A DNA stretch of 64,000 nucleotides, taken from assembly GCA_019694465.1 (NCBI GenBank), contig JAIBBV010000005.1, positions 13,767 to 77,766 of the forward strand, in the 5' to 3' direction. Below, piece by piece: positions 58,575 through 64,000 of this stretch. The position numbers and the translations under genes were made by a program. This stretch comes from Oligoflexia bacterium. GTDB lineage: Bacteria; Bdellovibrionota_C; UBA2361; JAFLCA01. The first letter of the stretch is position 1. Each line of letters starts with the position of its first letter. The notes under the pieces were generated by a model. That model worked only from the letters and a program-made list of their open reading frames with translations, had not been told where the DNA came from and ran no database searches.

Positions 58575-59714
58575 TTAGCGCGAGAACTCATTAACGTTTT
58601 TCTGAGCAACTTCAAGTGAAGGATCAAGACGGGCGGCTGATTTAAACTCGCGTGCCGCATCCTCTGTTCTTCCTAGGCGCTGATACAGCACTCCTAGGTT
58701 ATTATGAGCGGAGGCGTTGGTTGCATCTAGCTCAAGTGACTGCTGCAACGATGACTCACATTCTTTGTACTTTCCCAGCTCAAGTTGAGCCCAACCTAAA
58801 ACGCTATAAGCCCAGGCGTTCTTCGAATCGAGAGCGACAGCCTTCTTCAATACCTCTTCAGCCAAACTCTCCTGCTTCTTTGAGATCAAGACGACCCCTA
58901 GATTTACGTGCGTTACGGCGCTGTTGGGATCAAGCTGCAAGGCCTTGCGCAAAGCAACTTCAGCCTTATCAAGATCTCCTAGCTTTTGATAAACTACGCC
59001 AATTGCTTGCTGCGCCTCAGAATGATCCGGCTTAATCTGTAAAAGCTTTGCGAGCGTACGTGCCGACTCTTCGAAGCGCCCAGCCCTTTGGTAGCCAAGT
59101 CCTGCAAAGAACAAGGCCTCCGCATTACCTGGTTCCAGCTGAATGGCTCTCTCGTATGAGCGCAGTCCAAGTTCTAGCTGGCCTTGACGCTCATACATCA
59201 CGCCCATGTTGTAGTGCGTCATGGCGTTGGCATCGTCTATCGCGCGAGCCTTCACCAGGGTGGCCAAAGCTTCCGCCACATCGCCCTTACGCTCTTGCAC
59301 CAAACTAAGCCCCTGCAGCGCCAATACAGAACGGGCGTCAAGCTCTAATGCCTTAAGAAACGCAGCTTTCGAATCATCAAGTTTGCCAAGTTCCAATTGA
59401 GTCCTGCCAATCGCCACAAAAAAGGCTGGATCTTGCTTGAGCGCCCCAGCCTTCTGAAACAGCCCCAAGGCCTCTTCTGCCTTGCCCCTCTTACTAAGGA
59501 CAACCCCAAGATTGTGGTATGCCTCGGCCATGGAAGGGCAAGCTTCAATTGCTTGACGATAAAGCGACTCCTCCTCACCAGAGCCATTGCCTAGTGCTAC
59601 GCCTTGCTTAACTAGCTTTCCTGCACCGACACAGTCCTGCTCAGCTAGCGCCGGCATAGTAAGCAACACCAAGCAACTTGTTACCAGCAAACTTAGCCAA
59701 ACTAATTTGTTCAT
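58575..59714 (-). CDS. Secreted tetratricopeptide repeat protein
   Basis: GAGG SD, signal peptide ALA-E, about 9 canonical TPRs (AYHNLG, THYNMG, AHNNLG). Confidence 0.9.
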   Translation of the reverse strand: MNKLVWLSLLVTSCLVLLTMPALAEQDCVGAGKLVKQGVALGNGSGEEESLYRQAIEACPSMAEAYHNLGVVLSKRGKAEEALGLFQKAGALKQDPAFFVAIGRTQLELGKLDDSKAAFLKALELDARSVLALQGLSLVQERKGDVAEALATLVKARAIDDANAMTHYNMGVMYERQGQLELGLRSYERAIQLEPGNAEALFFAGLGYQRAGRFEESARTLAKLLQIKPDHSEAQQAIGVVYQKLGDLDKAEVALRKALQLDPNSAVTHVNLGVVLISKKQESLAEEVLKKAVALDSKNAWAYSVLGWAQLELGKYKECESSLQQSLELDATNASAHNNLGVLYQRLGRTEDAAREFKSAARLDPSLEVAQKNVNEFSR

Positions 59715-59742
59715 AACTAACCTCTCAGTCGAGACTCTACGC

Positions 59743-60945
59743 CTATGGCACACCCTTCGACCATTCTTCTATGGCTTGAACGACCTCTCGCAGCTCGGGC
59801 TCCGGCGCGACCATGGCCAAACGTACGTGGCGCTCAAAGCCAGACCCAAAAATTTGTCCAGGCATCATCAATACTCCCTTGCGCTGCATGAGAGACGAGC
59901 AAAATTCACTGGCACAGCATTTGTGTTGCCTGGGCAATTCAGCCCAAACGCTACAACCTGCCTCTGGCATACGTACCGTGAAGCCAAGAGACTTAAGACC
60001 TCGCGTTACTAAGGCAGCACGATGATTGTATTGCTCGCGAGCAGACTTGACCAGATCCTCCTGACAATCTAACGCATAGCTCGCTGCAATCTGCAGTGGC
60101 AAAAATGTACCATAGTCCATGTGGCTCTTAATTCTAGCAATGCGCCCTACTATTTCTGCGCTGCCTAGAACTGCTCCGATCCTCCAGCCCGGGACTGAAT
60201 AGGCTTTCGAAAGTGAATATATCTCTAGGCCTCGCTCCCGCAAGACTGGCTCACTTAGCATGCTTACGGCTGAAGTACCCGTAAAACTTAACTCACCATA
60301 GACAAAATCGTTTAGCACCAGAGCATCGTACTGCGCAGCAAGCTCCCCCACGCTACGCCAGAAGTTTCGACCAACACACAGGCCCGTTGGATTATTGGGA
60401 AAGTTAAGTACTACGACCTTAGCACGCTCGGAATCCATACGGTCGTTCAAAGCAGCAAGGGTGTCACCCTCACTATCACCGATACGGAAGGTGCTTACAT
60501 TCAACCCGCAAAGCCTGGCAGCCGCACGATGTGCGGAATAGAGCGGTTCAGGCATAAGAACTGTCGCACCCGGCTCAGCACAGGCCGAGAGCGCCAAAAT
60601 CAGTCCATCTTTCGCGCCTAAAGTGGCACATATGCGCGTCTCAGGATCAACTTCCACACCGAACTTGGCGCGATACTTTTCCGCAAACGCTTCACGCAAG
60701 CGCCTTACACCACGCGCTACGGAGTAGCGATGGTTACGCGGCTTCAAGGAAGCTTCCACGAGGCGATCGAGCAGTGCTCGCGCTGGGCTTATGTCGGGAT
60801 TTATCATTGATAGGTCGACTATACGCTGTCCAGCCAGCTCGGCTCTGCGACGTGCCGCGTGCAAGTCAGCCAAGGCTTCCTCATCAACCCAAGCATGCTG
60901 TCCATTCAACCTGTTCCCTATATCCGTCACGGATACTTCCCTCAT
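59743..60945 (-). CDS. Class I/II PLP aminotransferase, AlaC-like
   Basis: DLSMINPD, LNFPNNPTG, DFVY, PLP lysine SLSKAYSVPGWRIG, MDYGTFLPLQIA. Confidence 0.88.
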   Translation of the reverse strand: MREVSVTDIGNRLNGQHAWVDEEALADLHAARRRAELAGQRIVDLSMINPDISPARALLDRLVEASLKPRNHRYSVARGVRRLREAFAEKYRAKFGVEVDPETRICATLGAKDGLILALSACAEPGATVLMPEPLYSAHRAAARLCGLNVSTFRIGDSEGDTLAALNDRMDSERAKVVVLNFPNNPTGLCVGRNFWRSVGELAAQYDALVLNDFVYGELSFTGTSAVSMLSEPVLRERGLEIYSLSKAYSVPGWRIGAVLGSAEIVGRIARIKSHMDYGTFLPLQIAASYALDCQEDLVKSAREQYNHRAALVTRGLKSLGFTVRMPEAGCSVWAELPRQHKCCASEFCSSLMQRKGVLMMPGQIFGSGFERHVRLAMVAPEPELREVVQAIEEWSKGVP

Positions 60946-61039
60946 TAAATGACAATGAGCTTTGGCTAATTAGCTAGAAGAGGGCTGTCCCACTTCTTTT
61001 CGCGAGCCCGGCTTTCTGGCCAGGCGACTCTGAAGCTCA

Positions 61040-61059
61040 CTCATAATGTATATTATGAG
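61040..61059. promoter_or_regulatory. Perfect 8-bp inverted repeat, possible operator
   Basis: ctcataat-gtat-attatgag in the AT-rich divergent gap between the aminotransferase and the histidine kinase. Confidence 0.4.
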
Positions 61060-61296
61060 ATAATTTTTAGTAGTAACACATCCGAGAAGTATTTTCACAA
61101 TGCCCCCTGGTCAGTGAGGTATGCGAAATATAATGACCCTATACCGAACAAGTCGTCGTTCAATCGTCTTGGGCAAGCCTACTTTATTGGAGACTACCCA
61201 CTCAATTTAACTGCGAGTTGCGATAAGCTCTGGCAAAAGCTAGCTTATACATCGAAGCCCTCTTAGTAGATATCGACTCCGAACTGCGGATAGCAC

Positions 61297-62286
61297 ATGC
61301 GCTGGCAAGATGATTTACTCAATGCAAATACCGCTGTGGTAATTTGTAATGAGGCGGGGAAAATTACATGGCGCAACAATAGTGCCGCAGCATGGCTGGG
61401 CGCTCGCGCGAACTTAGCCGAGGCCATCGATGACGCTTCAGCTAGAAAGCTACTTACCCCGTTGTCATACACAGCCATACAAGCGCATGCGCGCGAGGCA
61501 GGCGGTACCGCACGTCCCTTTTTGAGCGTGGACATTAGTGGAGCGGACCCAAGCGAGATACGCTTTTTGATCCTACGCCTAAATGCAGAAATCCCCGAAC
61601 ATTCCGTAGAAGAACGCGAGCTCGCTCTGGCGACCGTGGCTCACGACTTAAAGAATCCCCTGGCAGCAATTTTTGGCTACGCAGACGCGTTACTCGAAAC
61701 GGGAGAACGCAGCGGAATCCCAGCTGGCCCACTCGGTGTAATTGGAAAAATGCGGCGCACCTCTGCTCGCGCCATAGAGCTAGTTAAAAACTATCAGGCT
61801 TTAGCACTCTTGCAGTACTCACGCGTCAACACTAAGTCAGGAAATGCTGAGCTCAACGATGTAACCCGAACCGCGATCGACTCGTTGTGGCGTAGTGAAG
61901 TTACTGCCCCCACAATCACGCAAGACTTAGCAAAAGAACCAATTGTAATTGCCACATCGCGTTCATTTCTGGAGCGAGTTGTGGCCAATCTTTTGAGCAA
62001 TGCATTAAATTACGCCACGCCTGGTAGTGCCGTCACAGTTCGAACGGCGGCTCAAGGCAAGTTCGGAATTTTTGAAGTTCACAACCTAGGCACTCCAATT
62101 TCGCCGCAAGAGTTGCCAAGGATTTTCGACGCCTATGTGCGGGCCAAGAGCGGAACCAATACCGCCGGCTCCGGCCTCGGTTTACACATTGTCAAATCAA
62201 TTGTCGATTCAATTGGCGGAACTGTGCAGGTGGCTAGCGATGTCTCAACAGGAACAACCTTTACTGTTAGATTGCCTATCGCTTAA
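61297..62286 (+). CDS. Sensor histidine kinase (PAS-like + HisKA + HATPase)
   Basis: H box VAHDLKNPL, N box NLLSNALNY, F/G2 boxes IFDAYVR...GSGLGL; no TM segment. Confidence 0.92.
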   Translation: MRWQDDLLNANTAVVICNEAGKITWRNNSAAAWLGARANLAEAIDDASARKLLTPLSYTAIQAHAREAGGTARPFLSVDISGADPSEIRFLILRLNAEIPEHSVEERELALATVAHDLKNPLAAIFGYADALLETGERSGIPAGPLGVIGKMRRTSARAIELVKNYQALALLQYSRVNTKSGNAELNDVTRTAIDSLWRSEVTAPTITQDLAKEPIVIATSRSFLERVVANLLSNALNYATPGSAVTVRTAAQGKFGIFEVHNLGTPISPQELPRIFDAYVRAKSGTNTAGSGLGLHIVKSIVDSIGGTVQVASDVSTGTTFTVRLPIA

Positions 62287-62378
62287 CCCGCTGCTTCGTC
62301 GATTGAGTCGAGAATCAAGCAGTGGGTAAAGGCAACAACTACCTGCAAACCTCTGCGCCTATCAGATACCAACTCAAA

Positions 62379-62870
62379 CTAGTGTGGCTGAGGGGCAACC
62401 AGATTAAAGAAGTAGATCGCCAACCCCAAACGCCCCTGTACAAAAATCTTTTCCGACAGCATTGCGATTTGCGGGTTTAGCTCACCTGATAAAATCTTAA
62501 GGAAGTTAACTTCCGCGAGTTCAATAACGCAGTCGCCACGGGCATCGGAGACTTCTTCTACTTTGGCCCCCTGCGCACCCCAATCAAGAAAGTAAATCTC
62601 CTCCTTGTCTCGAATTCGAATACAAATTGAACCATTGAGGCATTCCTTCAATTTGGGACCACACTCGTCACACCGCAACTTAAGTTCTTCAAGCATGAAA
62701 TCTCTGGCACTACGAAAATTTCGATTTCGATAACGCTTCGAGGCACCCCGCTCAGTCTCGGCAGCATCCACCTCGGGCGGGGTCGGGCGCGACTCGGCAG
62801 CGCGCGCTCCTTCAGCCGCCTGCCCCGTGCTATCGTTCTTCTGTTCATTTGAATCGTTCGTCATAACCAT
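62379..62870 (-). CDS. SCP2 sterol/lipid-binding domain protein
   Basis: GDCVIELAEVNFLKILSGELNPQIAML..KIFVQG.L.LA is the SCP2 C-terminal pattern. Confidence 0.8.
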   Translation of the reverse strand: MVMTNDSNEQKNDSTGQAAEGARAAESRPTPPEVDAAETERGASKRYRNRNFRSARDFMLEELKLRCDECGPKLKECLNGSICIRIRDKEEIYFLDWGAQGAKVEEVSDARGDCVIELAEVNFLKILSGELNPQIAMLSEKIFVQGRLGLAIYFFNLVAPQPH

Positions 62871-63073
62871 ACTTCCTAAGGCCCAATAATCTGGGCACGC
62901 AATGACCTACCCTAAACTTGCTCAAGACGCTATACTAAAGTGCAGTCGTTAGATTAATAATACTCAGGGGCGAATTTTTCTGGCCTTAAATGCGCGCAAA
63001 TGGGGCCCCGGCCCATGGCGTTGCACTTTTGACCTTCCCATTAAGCCCCAAAGGGCTGCGCTCCGCAACTGAC

Positions 63074-63685
63074 ATGACAATCACCATTGCCCTGACAGGC
63101 TCAATCGGCTCCGGCAAATCAGAAGTGGCTTCACTGTTCCAGCGCTGGGGGGCAGCTATAGTAGACTCTGACGTTCTAGCACGCGAAGTCGTGAAACCCG
63201 GCAGCCTGGGACTTAGACGAGTAATACAGCACTTTGGTGATAAATTCCTACTAGCTGACGGGACGCTTGACCGTAAGCGACTAGGAAATCATATCTTTAA
63301 CAACCCCAGCCAGCGCCTAACCCTAGAAGGGATACTACATCCTTTGATTCAAGAGCGCTCTCAGCAGGAAATATCCCAGGCCTGTAAGGCTGGGGTTAAA
63401 TTAGTAGTTTGTGTAATACCCCTGCTATTTGAATCTGGGCGAGACCTGAGTCAATTTTCAGCCATCGTGCTAGTGCGTGCGCCAGAGGAACTTTTAATTC
63501 AGAGGGTAATGGCACGAGACGGAATTAGCAAAGAACTAGCTCTCGCCAAGCTAAGCGCTCAGATGCCACAGGAGCAGAAGGCTACGCGCGCAACACACAT
63601 TATTGACAACGCTGGTAGTCCAGCCGATCTTGAGCGTGCCAGTAGGCCAATCTTCGATAGCCTTGTCGCACAAGCCGCGAGGTAA
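63074..63685 (+). CDS. coaE: Dephospho-CoA kinase
   Basis: IALTGSIGSGKS, DSDVLAREVV, LDRKRLG, LHPLI, IPLLFE, AQMP, IIDN. Start moved to 63074. Confidence 0.96.
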   Translation: MTITIALTGSIGSGKSEVASLFQRWGAAIVDSDVLAREVVKPGSLGLRRVIQHFGDKFLLADGTLDRKRLGNHIFNNPSQRLTLEGILHPLIQERSQQEISQACKAGVKLVVCVIPLLFESGRDLSQFSAIVLVRAPEELLIQRVMARDGISKELALAKLSAQMPQEQKATRATHIIDNAGSPADLERASRPIFDSLVAQAAR

Positions 63686-63812
63686 CACCTAGGCTGCAAG
63701 GTATTGGGGTTTCTTGCTTTTTGGCATAGGAGCGTACTGCCCGCTGCTAGCTACCTAGCTACATCTGATTTGTCTTTACTGACCCCACCTTGATGATCTT
63801 CAATACTCAAAT

Positions 63813-64000
63813 ATGGAAACACCAACAGTATCTCAATCTCAGATAGTCGAAGTTAGTGAGATCGTCGAATTCGCGCAGCCGGCGAATGCCGGCCTTTCTT
63901 CTCATACTCTAGTACCAGCGACTCTGCGCAAGATTACTCGCACCTCATTTTACCTGTTGCTGGCCCTTAGCCCACTGCTGTTTGGTTCGGTGCATGAAAC
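63813..64000 (+). CDS. Partial membrane protein, possibly O-antigen ligase family
   Basis: Not in the track because it runs off the right edge. Hand translation METPTVSQ...FYLLLALSPLLFGSVHE; the PLLFGSVH N-terminus resembles O-antigen-ligase/TPR proteins. Confidence 0.55.
   Translation, partial: METPTVSQSQIVEVSEIVEFAQPANAGLSSHTLVPATLRKITRTSFYLLLALSPLLFGSVHE

Noticed and set aside
61130-61310. Frameshifted N-terminal extension of the histidine kinase
   Set aside because: The upstream frames contain stops and lack starts, and the annotated N-terminus already looks like a PAS start.
2410-62848. The many 60-175 aa track ORFs lying inside or antisense to larger genes (e.g. 14320..14766, 22646..23170, 43465..43923, 51178..51726)
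   Set aside because: They fully overlap well-supported genes and have Ser/Arg/Pro-rich shadow composition with no motifs.

Overview
Gene-dense bacterial chromosomal segment made up mostly of housekeeping genes. I found no rRNA, CRISPR array, integrase, transposase or phage genes. Gene order and gene types (lolC/E-lolD-bamA-skp-fabZ-lpxA-lpxI, Bacillus-type sdhCAB, long HflX) suggest a diderm of the former Deltaproteobacteria/Bdellovibrionota-like radiation; this is inference. From left to right: a class I SAM methyltransferase that the ORF track missed and that runs off the left edge; a TonB-dependent receptor and a GT1 glycosyltransferase; a long minus-strand envelope run (SprT-like, alpha/beta hydrolase, lolC/E, lolD, bamA, skp, fabZ, lpxA, lpxI, helical+discoidin-like protein, short SBP5-like protein, wza, wzc, fcl); a 792-aa HAM1/ITPase + IMPDH/GMPR-like fusion; SIMPL; a REP/MITE-like element; photolyase; a RAPP-ending leader ORF upstream of a His/Cys-rich beta-barrel; MFS; tRNA-Met(CAT) with a duplicated 5' end; nadE; kup; a ~13 kb minus-strand run (lipoprotein-nadK-recN-M23-SPFH-SPFH-mdh-sdhCAB-sucCD); TlpA; rpmE; pepP; hflX; GNAT-like; TMTC-like GT-C/TPR; apparently degenerate CbiA-like and DNA-methylase-like genes; TPR; AlaC-like aminotransferase; orphan histidine kinase; SCP2; coaE; and a partial O-antigen-ligase-like gene. 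The best candidate for an undescribed system is the ITPase-IMPDH/GMPR fusion, which has altered specificity motifs in both halves. Next are the SPFH pair translationally coupled to the TCA operon, the putative metal-responsive RAPP leader, and the CbiA-like pseudoenzyme. All family assignments come from recognising motifs by eye; no database searches were run.
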